Origin: Methanomicrobiales archaeon
GTDB taxonomy: Archaea; Halobacteriota; Methanomicrobia; Methanomicrobiales; Methanospirillaceae
Direction of reading: 5' to 3'
DNA: 26,211 nucleotides
Assembly: GCA_037130095.1 (NCBI GenBank)
Contig: JBAXTR010000001.1
Span: forward strand, 1-26,211
Shown: in pieces, positions 8,110 to 17,066 of the stretch
How the letters are laid out: each line of letters starts with the position of its first letter
How positions within the stretch are numbered: the first letter of the stretch is position 1
The notes under the pieces: model-generated
Databases searched by the model: none
What the model was told of the DNA's origin: nothing
What the model saw: the letters and a program-made list of their open reading frames with translations, nothing else
Translations under genes and position numbers: made by a program

Positions 8110-9326
8110 GGACGCTTTCAGAACGGATACTCGGTGCAGGGGCAGGGGATTATGTTGATGCAGAGGTTGACCGGGCATATGTGCATGATGGAACAGGCGT
8201 ACTCACCCTTGAAGCCTGGAAGGAAATGGGATGCCCGGGCCTGGCCCACCCTGAACGGCTGTATATCCTGTTTGACCACATTGTCCCGGCGAATAACAGC
8301 ACAACCGCGACACTCCAGAGAGAGCTGAGGGAATTTGCCAGGACCCATGGTATCCATTTCTCCGATATCGGGGGCGGGGTCTGTCACCAGATCATGGGCG
8401 AAGGAGAGGTTCTTCCCGGAGAGATCGTGGTCGGGGCCGACTCGCATAGTTGCACGCTCGGGGCATTCGGTGCGTTTGCAACCGGTGTCGGGGCAACAGA
8501 TATGGCTGCTATCTGGGCTTCCGGCATGACTTGGTTCCGTGTACCGGAAACAATTGGTGTCAGGCTTTCCGGGTCTTTTTACGGTGCCGTTGAGGCAAAA
8601 GACCTTGCACTCACCGTGATATCAAAATTCGGGATGGATGGGGCGTCATACCATGCACTGGAATATATCGGTGACGGGACGAAATCGCTCTCCATGGATG
8701 GTCGTCTCACGATAACGAACCTTGCCACGGAGGCAGGGGCGAAAACCGGGCTTTTCTACGCTGATGAGGTGACACAAGCGTACCTCCTGAAGTCCGGCCA
8801 TCGGATCGAACCCCAGGTACCCGAGCCCTGTACATATACGGACGAGATAGGAATTGACTTAAGTGACCTTGTGCCGGTGGTAGCGGAACCTCCCCGGGTA
8901 GATTCGGCAAGACCGGTGGAATCCCTTGAAGGGCTGCCCCTTGACCAGGTCTTTGTCGGGACCTGCACAAATGGGAGATTTGAAGATTTGCAGCGTTTTG
9001 CTGCCATAGTACGGGGGAAGAAGGTGGCGGTAAGGACAATTGTTGTCCCTTCCTCTGCAGAAGTCCTCCGAAAAGCAGCGGATACGGGTGTGCTCTCAGC
9101 TATCGTTGCTGCCGGATGTACCATCGGTACACCAGGGTGTGGCCCCTGTCTCGGTGCACATATGGGGGTACTTGGTGAAGGTGAAGTCTGTCTCTCGACG
9201 GCGAACCGTAACTTTACGAACCGGATGGGAATTGGTGGGAGCATCTATCTTTCTTCGGTTGCAACCGCTGCAGCCAGCGCCCTGACCGGTGTCCTTACAG
9301 TTCCCGGGGTGAATAATGCGGCTTGA
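8106..9326 (+). CDS. aksD: Homoaconitase large subunit AksD
   Basis: HDGTG, FDHIVP, GADSHSCT, GTCTNGR, GCGPCLG and STANRNF (three Fe-S cysteines); start ATG 8106 overlaps the aksA stop; 406 aa. Confidence 0.85.
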   Translation: MRTLSERILGAGAGDYVDAEVDRAYVHDGTGVLTLEAWKEMGCPGLAHPERLYILFDHIVPANNSTTATLQRELREFARTHGIHFSDIGGGVCHQIMGEGEVLPGEIVVGADSHSCTLGAFGAFATGVGATDMAAIWASGMTWFRVPETIGVRLSGSFYGAVEAKDLALTVISKFGMDGASYHALEYIGDGTKSLSMDGRLTITNLATEAGAKTGLFYADEVTQAYLLKSGHRIEPQVPEPCTYTDEIGIDLSDLVPVVAEPPRVDSARPVESLEGLPLDQVFVGTCTNGRFEDLQRFAAIVRGKKVAVRTIVVPSSAEVLRKAADTGVLSAIVAAGCTIGTPGCGPCLGAHMGVLGEGEVCLSTANRNFTNRMGIGGSIYLSSVATAAASALTGVLTVPGVNNAA

Positions 9327-9789
9327 AGGAACGGTGGTCCGCCTCGGGGCGGATATCGATACCGATGTCATCATCGCCGGCAGGTATCTACGGACAAAAG
9401 ACCGGCAGGTCTGGGTCGAGCACGTATTTGAAGACCTTGACCCCTCGCTTGGCGGCAGGCTTCGCGGGTCGGTCATTGTGTCCGGCAGGAATTTCGGGTG
9501 CGGTTCATCCCGTGAACAGGCCGCGGTTGCCCTTAAGGAAGCCGGGCTTGTTGCCGTTGTCGCGCCATCATTTTCCCGTATATTCTTCCGTAACGCGATC
9601 AACGTGGGCCTCCCGGTCGTTGAAGGGGAATGTGACTGTTCCGACGGTGACCGGTTGGTTATAGATTTGGATGAAGGGGTTGTCTCATGTGGGGGCGTAA
9701 AGACCCCGGTCCGGCCCCTGTCTGCAAGGATGCAGGAAATTCTACATGCGGGCGGGCTTGTACCCCACTGGAGGTCAAAAAGGAAATGA
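9316..9789 (+). CDS. aksE: Homoaconitase small subunit AksE
   Basis: DIDTDVIIAGRYLRT, GRNFGCGSSREQA, FSRIFFRNAIN; the YLRT loop is the established homoaconitase signature, unlike isopropylmalate isomerase LeuD. Confidence 0.9.
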   Translation: MRLEGTVVRLGADIDTDVIIAGRYLRTKDRQVWVEHVFEDLDPSLGGRLRGSVIVSGRNFGCGSSREQAAVALKEAGLVAVVAPSFSRIFFRNAINVGLPVVEGECDCSDGDRLVIDLDEGVVSCGGVKTPVRPLSARMQEILHAGGLVPHWRSKRK

Positions 9790-10586
9790 TCTTTCCCCAC
9801 GAGTACAAGTATATCGGTTACGCTGACACGGACCCCTGTGGAAAACGCGTCTATTTCCTTTCAGAATACCTTATCCATAAGACTAGCGAGGGTCACGAGG
9901 TCATCCATGTGAGCACAGACCCGGATGAAAAGGGGCTGATGAGAAAGGTGATGTCAGAAGAAGTGCTCGCGTCTGGAGAAGAGGTTACCTGGTACCCGGA
10001 GAAGGTGAACATAACTAACCGGGCAGGGCTTATCAGGTTGGCAATGGAATCCGGACGGCGCTGCACTATTTTTTCCGGCCATGATGAGCACATGACCTTT
10101 GTGCTCGATCCTGACCCATCGGTCTTCCTGACTGTTCATGTCTATGATGTCAGGCCTCCCCTTCCTTCATTGTCTGCCCGGATCAGCGAGCTCGAGGCGA
10201 CCGGGCTGTTCGGGGAACTTGATATCATGTTCGAGCACCATCTTGCTGATATTTCGCAAACGGGCGCAGAAGTCTATCCCTGCAGGGCTGCGGGTTTTTC
10301 CCGGACCCTTGACGCAGACCTGATGGTCGGTGGCGAAACGATAGCAGGCTGCACGGCTAGCTCAGGGATATATCGCGAATGTTACGGGGATGAATTCACC
10401 CTGATTGACATATGTCCCATCGGTACGGTCAAAGAGGAACCATTCATCACCCGGTGCTGCCAGAAAGAGCGTGGTGGGATCGGGATGTTCAACGGAAAAT
10501 ATGGTGCCGTGGTCCACTGGGGTGCCGCTCCCTGGGATATTTTCCATTCAATCGAAGGGCTTGTGGCAGGCTGGAGGTCAGAATAA
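9786..10586 (+). CDS. Conserved Cys-rich protein of unknown function (resembles the DUF7714 family from recall)
   Basis: Start MIFPHEY at ATG 9786 overlaps the aksE stop (ATGA); 266 aa; YPCRAAG, AGC, CYG, DICP, TRCC and VVHWGA motifs; TAATG overlap with aksF. Confidence 0.75.
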   Translation: MIFPHEYKYIGYADTDPCGKRVYFLSEYLIHKTSEGHEVIHVSTDPDEKGLMRKVMSEEVLASGEEVTWYPEKVNITNRAGLIRLAMESGRRCTIFSGHDEHMTFVLDPDPSVFLTVHVYDVRPPLPSLSARISELEATGLFGELDIMFEHHLADISQTGAEVYPCRAAGFSRTLDADLMVGGETIAGCTASSGIYRECYGDEFTLIDICPIGTVKEEPFITRCCQKERGGIGMFNGKYGAVVHWGAAPWDIFHSIEGLVAGWRSE

Positions 10587-11548
10587 TGGCGAAAGTCAGG
10601 AGCATTGCAGTCGTACCCGGCGATGGTATCGGGCTGGAAGTAATACCCGTCGCGAGTGAGATGCTCAGGCATCTTCACCCGGAATACGAATTTTTCCCGG
10701 TTGAAGTGGGGTACGAGCGGTGGAAGCGGACCGGCGAGGCGATGGGTGCTGATGAACTTGGCCTGTTGAAATCGGCTGATGCCATTCTTTTTGGTGCGGT
10801 TACTACACCTCCTTCTCCCGATTACCGGAGCGTGGTGGTAAGAATTCGGAAGGCGCTCGACCTCTTTGCCAATGTGCGACCTGTAAAAGGGGAAGGGTTT
10901 GATATTACCGTAGTACGGGAGAACCTGGAAGGTCTTTATTCAGGGATCGAAGAAGTCGGGGAGTATAAGGCCACAACCTTACGCCTTCTTACCCGCCGGG
11001 AATGCGAGCGTATTGCCAGGTTTGCCTGCAGCATTACAGGACTTCGTACACTGACAATCGGTCATAAAGCGAACGTCCTCAAGTCCGATGTCTTCTTCCG
11101 GGAGATCTGCCTCCACGAAGCGTCGGTTGCAGGAGTGAATTGCAATGAGCGGTTTATTGATGCACTCTGCCTGGACGTCCTCCTCCATCCTGCATCCTAT
11201 GACGTGATTGTAACGACGAACATGTTCGGGGACATCCTGTCTGATGTGGCAGCCTACCTTGTGGGGGGACTTGGTATGCTGCCCAGTGCCAATATCGGGG
11301 AGCAATATGCCCTTTTTGAACCCGTGCACGGGAGCGCCCCCGATATTGCAGGCTATGGGGTTGCAAACCCGGTTGCCGCATTACGGAGTGCCGCGCTCCT
11401 CCTCAGGTATGCCGGGGATATTTCAGGGTCCGATGAGGTTGAACGTGCGATTCAACGGGTATTTTCAACGGGTACCAGGACCCGTGACCTGGGTGGTTCT
11501 GCTGGCACCAAAGAATTTGGCGATGCATTGATCCATGAACTTAAATAA
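10586..11548 (+). CDS. aksF: Homoisocitrate dehydrogenase AksF (isocitrate/isopropylmalate dehydrogenase family)
   Basis: IAVVPGDGIGLEV, LFANVRP, VRENLEGLY, NMFGDILSD, FEPVHGSAPDIAG; 320 aa from ATG 10586; aks context. Confidence 0.82.
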   Translation: MAKVRSIAVVPGDGIGLEVIPVASEMLRHLHPEYEFFPVEVGYERWKRTGEAMGADELGLLKSADAILFGAVTTPPSPDYRSVVVRIRKALDLFANVRPVKGEGFDITVVRENLEGLYSGIEEVGEYKATTLRLLTRRECERIARFACSITGLRTLTIGHKANVLKSDVFFREICLHEASVAGVNCNERFIDALCLDVLLHPASYDVIVTTNMFGDILSDVAAYLVGGLGMLPSANIGEQYALFEPVHGSAPDIAGYGVANPVAALRSAALLLRYAGDISGSDEVERAIQRVFSTGTRTRDLGGSAGTKEFGDALIHELK

Positions 11549-11748
11549 AAGGGTTCGACCTGGCCTTCCGGATTTATCAACGTTTAAACCATTTTTGGTA
11601 TTTCAGGGCCTTTTCAGGTTTTAATACTACCAATTACCTTAAGTGATCCGGTAACTATGCTGTTCACGATCAGTAATGTGCCAGTAACAATGTACCAGGT
11701 AAAAATAGGTAAATGCCTATTTGGACAGGTTGGGTTGTAATACTATTA

Positions 11749-12345
11749 TTATCGCCATTTGCGAAGGTAGATGCCCATCCCGGCAATAACAAATGCACCA
11801 ATTACCGGTACCATCGATACCGGGGCGTTTCTTGTTGGGGTTGCCGAGGATGTGGCGCTATTTTCGAGCATTTTCGTCGCAAGAAGTTTCGTGGTCTTTG
11901 CTGCTTCCATTGTGGGGTCGATCGCAAGTGCACGGTTCGCAGCATCGATTGCGTCCTGGTACCTCCCCAGGTGGACCAGCGCATCTGCCCGGTTGATCCA
12001 GGCCTCACTGACGGTGGGGTTTCCAGCAATCGCCTCATCGGTGGCGGTCAGGGCATCCTGGTATTTTCCCATGACATTAAGTATTCCCGCTTTCTGGGTC
12101 AGTGCCAGGGTAAAATTTGGCTGAAGTGTCAGCGCCTTTTCAGTTTCAACGAGCGCTTCCTGTAATTTACCCTGTGATGCCAGGTCGGCACCAAGATTAT
12201 ACGCCTTGATCGCATCGATATTCTGGCCGGACATCATGATGGGAGTGTCATTACCTGCAGCGGATACCGGTACCGCCGCTATCAGGAAGAGGGTCAGCAT
12301 GATGCAAGCCGAATATCCTGCCTTTTCGGAGTTTGATAACTTCAT
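11749..12345 (-). CDS. Secreted TPR-repeat protein with C-terminal membrane anchor
   Basis: Signal peptide ending VPVSA; about three TPR repeats (AYNLGADL, ALTQKAGIL, AWINRADAL); Ser/Thr linker, then APVSMVPVIGAFVIAGMGIYLRKWR (hydrophobic helix plus basic tail); GGAG RBS upstream. Confidence 0.85.
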   Translation of the reverse strand: MKLSNSEKAGYSACIMLTLFLIAAVPVSAAGNDTPIMMSGQNIDAIKAYNLGADLASQGKLQEALVETEKALTLQPNFTLALTQKAGILNVMGKYQDALTATDEAIAGNPTVSEAWINRADALVHLGRYQDAIDAANRALAIDPTMEAAKTTKLLATKMLENSATSSATPTRNAPVSMVPVIGAFVIAGMGIYLRKWR

Positions 12346-12553
12346 ATTGTCTCCTTTTTTTGTCTGTTCCTGAATGTATAATATCTTCTTTGTGGAATTG
12401 TTCAGCCCTGGTTTCTGCTAACCTGTTTGTATAAACAGGAACTGAGCGTTTTTTTTACCAGATGATAATTCCCTGCCATTCTTTACCTGGCCGGCAGGAC
12501 CAGATCGCAGGGAAGTTAGTATAGTATGAGCCAGATAATTCAACTGATGCATC

Positions 12554-13558
12554 ATGGCTAACGAAACTCTGACTGGTAATAGCGCAATGGCCATTACTGG
12601 TGCAATTGTAGTGGCAATTCTTGTATATGTCACCACTACTTCATTGTTATGGGCGGTAATTGCGGGTCTGATCGCCGGGTATATCCTTATTGGTGTAAGG
12701 ATAGTACGACCGACCCACCGGATCCTTATCGAGTTCCTTGGTAAGTACCAACGGTATGGCGGACCTGGTTTATACTGGATTATCCCCGGTATCCAGAAAC
12801 TGTATTCGGTGAATATCACAGAAAAGCTTGTCAATGTAGACCGGCAGGAGATCATTACGAGTGATAACCTGAATGCATTTGTCGATGCCCAGATTTACTT
12901 TAAGGTGAAGGAAGATGAGGTGCATGTAAAGGCATCCCAGTATTACGTGTTCAACTACGAGTACCAGATCGTTTCCCTCGCACGTACGACGCTCAGGAAC
13001 ATCATCGGGGGAATGACCTTAAAAACAGCCAACAGCGAACGAAATACGATAAATAACAACCTTGCTGAAGCACTGAAAAAAGAGACTGCCTTGTGGGGTA
13101 TCGACATTGTACGTGCCGAGCTGAAAGAGATCCAGCCACCACCTGATGTGCAAGAGACTATGAACAAGGTGGTAAAAGCACTCAATGAGAAAGTTGCTGC
13201 CATTGATTTTGCAACAGCTACCGAGACCAATGCAGATGGCCAGCGGCGTGCCGCGATCAAGCAGGCAGAGGGAATCAGGCAGGCAACAATCCTGGAAGCG
13301 GAAGGTAAGGCAGAGTCAATCCGGCTTGTCAACGAGGCTGCGAACAAATACTTCATAGAAAATGCACAGGTATTAAAACAACTGGAAGTAACCCAGGCCT
13401 GCCTTGAAAAGAATACGAAGATTATCGTTCCATCAGGCCAGAGCGTGGTGAATATTATTGGTGGTTTTGGCGACACCAGTTCCCCGACCTCTCCTTCAGA
13501 ATCCTCCGGGACCGCAACGGTATTGAAGACTCTCGGGATGGGTGGCGGTAACTACTAA
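12554..13558 (+). CDS. SPFH/band 7/prohibitin domain membrane protein
   Basis: N-terminal TM helix, GPGLYWIIP, QEIITSDN, TTLRNIIG, WGIDIVRAELKEIQPP, and a coiled-coil with AEG repeats. Confidence 0.92.
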   Translation: MANETLTGNSAMAITGAIVVAILVYVTTTSLLWAVIAGLIAGYILIGVRIVRPTHRILIEFLGKYQRYGGPGLYWIIPGIQKLYSVNITEKLVNVDRQEIITSDNLNAFVDAQIYFKVKEDEVHVKASQYYVFNYEYQIVSLARTTLRNIIGGMTLKTANSERNTINNNLAEALKKETALWGIDIVRAELKEIQPPPDVQETMNKVVKALNEKVAAIDFATATETNADGQRRAAIKQAEGIRQATILEAEGKAESIRLVNEAANKYFIENAQVLKQLEVTQACLEKNTKIIVPSGQSVVNIIGGFGDTSSPTSPSESSGTATVLKTLGMGGGNY

Positions 13559-13590
13559 GATCCAAATGTGAAGCCATTCCCATCATCAGC

Positions 13591-13602
13591 TTTTCTTTTT
13601 TT
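13591..13602 (+). terminator. Oligo-T archaeal terminator candidate
   Basis: TTTTCTTTTTTT 33 nt after the SPFH stop codon. Confidence 0.4.
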
Positions 13603-13647
13603 CTACAATGGGCACCTTTTAATTTTTTGCGGGAAAACCATTTGTCC

Positions 13648-14160
13648 ATGCAGATACTGGTTGCCTTCGCGACAAGGAAGGGTTCAACAGGTGAAATTGC
13701 GTCGGCCATAGGGAAAGAACTGGAAGGCGGGGGTCAGCAGGTCAAGGTCTCTCTATTAAAGGATACTTCCTCGCCGGAAGGATATGACGCGGCAGTTTTG
13801 GGTGCCCCGGTATATACCGGTCATATTGATGATGACCTCCGGAAATTTGTCGACCGGAATAAAAACGGGCTGAAAAATATCCCCGTTGCAGCGTTTGCGG
13901 TAGGATTAGCGCCGGTAGACCATAAGATCGGGTCCCCCGAAGACCTTGAGAAACAGCTACGGACCCTTGCCAGTCCGGTGAAACTCGTGGCAATAACGGT
14001 GTTTGCCGGAAAACTGGATACCGCACAACACTCGTTTATGACGAAAACCATGATATCCCTGATGAAAGCGCCTACCGGGGATTTCCGGGACTGGGACGTG
14101 ATCAGGGAGTGGGCAAAGAGCCTGCCAGGATTATTTGGGACCTGGAACGCGAAAGGGTAG
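13648..14160 (+). CDS. Flavodoxin-domain protein (HemG-like)
   Basis: MQILVAFATRKGSTGEIA FMN loop, YDAAVLGAPVY, FAGKLD, GDFRDWDVIREWA; 170 aa. Confidence 0.88.
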   Translation: MQILVAFATRKGSTGEIASAIGKELEGGGQQVKVSLLKDTSSPEGYDAAVLGAPVYTGHIDDDLRKFVDRNKNGLKNIPVAAFAVGLAPVDHKIGSPEDLEKQLRTLASPVKLVAITVFAGKLDTAQHSFMTKTMISLMKAPTGDFRDWDVIREWAKSLPGLFGTWNAKG

Positions 14161-14210
14161 TTAAGAGGACCTGGTAATGAAATATCTGAAATATTGAGGA
14201 GAGTCGCATC

Positions 14211-15053
14211 ATGGTTAAGGTAGGAGTACATGTATCAATTGCAGGATCGATTGCAAAAGCGGTAGAGCGGGCGGAATCGGTCACGTGTGACACGTTCCAG
14301 ATTTTTTCCAGGAACCCGAGGGGATGGGCCTGGAAAGACCTCGCAGAAGAAGATATACAGGCTTTCCGGAATGCCCTGAAGAAGGCCTCAATATTTCCCC
14401 CGGTTGACCATATGCCCTATCTCCCGAACCTTGCAGGGCCAAACCCGGAGCACTATGAAAAATCCATTGCAACGCTCACCGCCGAACTGAAGCGTTGCGG
14501 GCAGCTGGGTATCCCGTACCTCGTCACCCATCTTGGTCACCACCCTGGAATGACCATAGAAGAAGGCAGGAAGAATGTAATCAGAGCAATTAACCTTGCT
14601 CTTGATGAAGCCCACAATGATGTAATGCTACTCCTGGAGAATACGGCAGGAGAAAAGAACGGGGTGGGTAATACCTTCGAAGACATCCGTGCCGTGCTGG
14701 ATGGTGTTGTCGACCGGCGCCGTACCGGTGTCTGTTTTGACACATGCCACGCCTTTGGAGCTGGGTATGATCTCCGGACCGATGATGCGATTGAAGGGAC
14801 GACCGGAAGGTTTGACGAGGTAATCGGGCTTAGGGAAATCCGGGTAATCCACTGTAATGATTCCAAGGGAGAACTTGGCACTGGTCTCGACCGGCATGAA
14901 CATATCGGTATGGGGAGTATCGGAGAAGAAGGGTTCCGGAGGATACTCCGCCATGAGCCTTTTGCACATCTTCCCCTTGTCTGCGAGACCCCTGTTGATG
15001 CCCGGCGGGATGACGCAGGAAATATCGCAAAGGTCAGGGAGCTTGCCAGATAA
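14211..15053 (+). CDS. nfo: Endonuclease IV (AP endonuclease family 2)
   Basis: GVHVSIAG, FQIFSRNPR, HMPY, LENTAG, CFDTCH, HCNDSK, DRHEHIG and ET zinc ligands; GAGGAG RBS. Confidence 0.95.
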   Translation: MVKVGVHVSIAGSIAKAVERAESVTCDTFQIFSRNPRGWAWKDLAEEDIQAFRNALKKASIFPPVDHMPYLPNLAGPNPEHYEKSIATLTAELKRCGQLGIPYLVTHLGHHPGMTIEEGRKNVIRAINLALDEAHNDVMLLLENTAGEKNGVGNTFEDIRAVLDGVVDRRRTGVCFDTCHAFGAGYDLRTDDAIEGTTGRFDEVIGLREIRVIHCNDSKGELGTGLDRHEHIGMGSIGEEGFRRILRHEPFAHLPLVCETPVDARRDDAGNIAKVRELAR

Positions 15054-15216
15054 CTCCCTGAAATCCTCCTGGAGAGGCGAATAATAACGTATAAATGATT
15101 TCCCGTGGTTTTGTATATATTGGAAAACCCAGTATCTGGCCTGAAAAAGGTACCTGGTAGCAAGTTTTTCGTAATTTTACGCGAATGGTGATACTCTGGA
15201 TATAGATCACGCAGAT

Positions 15217-16905
15217 ATGCCTAAAAAGCCGCAAAGAAGGCTTTTTGGATCCCTTGCAACCAAGCTTATGATTGCATTCCTCGTACTGTCGGTGATCTCT
15301 TTTGGTGTCATCGGCTACCTTGCTATCTTTGCAATGAATAATATCGGGGCCACGGCAGAGAAAAACAGTAATACTCTCGGTAATATCGCGGTGACAGGCA
15401 GTGTCACAGCACTCAGCAACCTGGGAGAGACACAGATCAAGGAAAAAGCCCTGGACGTTGCTGAAGAGATGAAAATTTACCTTGATGCACACCCGGGACT
15501 GTCCGGAGAGGATCTTGGGAAAGACCCTAATTTACAAAGGATCGCAGTCCAGCCTGTCGGAATAACCGGATACACGTGTGCATACGAAAAAGGGACCGCG
15601 ATGATGCGGCTGCACCCCAACAGCCAGCTGGTAAACTATGATATGAAAAATCTCAGGTACACGCTCCCTTCCTGGTGGAAGATATACCAGCCAAGCCTGT
15701 CAGGTAACATTTCCGGGGGTTATTATGACTGGGCCGAGGCGGACGGTAGTATTCGGCAGAAATTCATGTACATGGTTCCGGTAGAGGGTACTCCCTACAT
15801 GGTGGCCGCAACGACCTATATTGATGAATTTACTGCCCCGGCAAAGGAAACAGAAGCGTTAATCGCCGGCGCCGCACGGGATTCCGCCGATACGATCCGC
15901 ACCACAATCGATAAGACCGTTGTCCTTTTCGGTATCGTCTTCCTGATTATTCTCATCGGCGTAATCTGCATGGTCTTTTTGATCTCAAGGATGATCACCG
16001 AACCTCTCCGGACATTAAAATCGGGAACTGAGGTCATTGGTGCAGGAAACCTTGATTACCAGGTTGATGTCCGTTCCGGGGACGAAATCGAACAGCTTGC
16101 CATTGCAATCAACAGGATGGCACATGACCTGAAGGAATACATGAACCGGTTTGTAGAGGCAAGTGCTGAGAAAGAGAGGATCGAAAAAGAACTGGATATT
16201 GCAAGGAGTATTCAGCAGAGCTTCCTTCCCGATCTCCCCCCTTATATAGAGGGAATGGATATTGCAGGGCTTTCACTCCCTGCACGGGAGGTCGGCGGGG
16301 ACTTTTATGACTATATCCCGCTCCCTGATGGCCGGTGGGGGCTGGTGATTGCCGATGTTTCAGGGAAAGGAGTCCCGGCGGCTCTTTACATGGGAATATC
16401 GAGGACTCTTGTCAGGGCAAATGCAGCAACTCATTCCTCAGTTTCCGATACAATCTGCAAGGCCAATGCCATGATCACCGAGAGCGATCATTCAAGCATG
16501 TTTGTCACCCTCTTCTACGGTGTCCTGGATGTGAGGGAGAAATCGTTAACCTACGTAAGTGCCGGCCACAATTACCCGGTTATGCTCAAGCAGGGCGCTA
16601 TCGATACGATACTCCTGAAGGCAGATGGGATCGCCCTTGGGGTTATCCAGGATATCCAGCTGGAAGAGCAGAAAATCCAACTCGACCAGGGGGATATCCT
16701 CATCCTCTATACTGACGGGGTGACCGAGACGGTTGACCGGAATGACCAGGAGTTTGGGGAAGAACGGCTCACGGCACTCCTCCAGGAGAACAGCCATCTT
16801 TCATCTTCCGAATTAGTCGACCTGATAAAAAATGAGGTTATCCGGTTCAGTGAAGGGCAGCCGCAGTTTGACGATATCACGCTTCTGATATTGAAAGTAA
16901 GGTAG
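15217..16905 (+). CDS. Membrane sensor phosphatase: TM-Cache-TM-HAMP-SpoIIE/PP2C (RsbU-like)
   Basis: Two TM helices flank a Cache-like domain (GYTCAY...HPN...GYYDW...KFMY); HAMP (ITEPL...DEIEQLA); PP2C motifs VGGDFYD, IADVSGKG, LYTDGVTE and DDITL are all intact. Confidence 0.9.
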   Translation: MPKKPQRRLFGSLATKLMIAFLVLSVISFGVIGYLAIFAMNNIGATAEKNSNTLGNIAVTGSVTALSNLGETQIKEKALDVAEEMKIYLDAHPGLSGEDLGKDPNLQRIAVQPVGITGYTCAYEKGTAMMRLHPNSQLVNYDMKNLRYTLPSWWKIYQPSLSGNISGGYYDWAEADGSIRQKFMYMVPVEGTPYMVAATTYIDEFTAPAKETEALIAGAARDSADTIRTTIDKTVVLFGIVFLIILIGVICMVFLISRMITEPLRTLKSGTEVIGAGNLDYQVDVRSGDEIEQLAIAINRMAHDLKEYMNRFVEASAEKERIEKELDIARSIQQSFLPDLPPYIEGMDIAGLSLPAREVGGDFYDYIPLPDGRWGLVIADVSGKGVPAALYMGISRTLVRANAATHSSVSDTICKANAMITESDHSSMFVTLFYGVLDVREKSLTYVSAGHNYPVMLKQGAIDTILLKADGIALGVIQDIQLEEQKIQLDQGDILILYTDGVTETVDRNDQEFGEERLTALLQENSHLSSSELVDLIKNEVIRFSEGQPQFDDITLLILKVR

Positions 16906-17066
16906 TATCCAACACTATCTTGCAATTTTTTACCCATCGGTAAACCTCGGGGTAATTGGTTAAAGCCTGGTGATTGTGGTGACACTTCAAAATACTTATG
17001 TTCCCTGACAAAGCACTGTAAAAACACCGAGTGCAGTGGGTCCCCGTTCCAGGACCAGGGTGAACT

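Noticed and set aside
6976-11548. Leucine biosynthesis operon leuACDB
   Set aside because: The YLRT motif and the lack of the LeuA regulatory domain favour aks.
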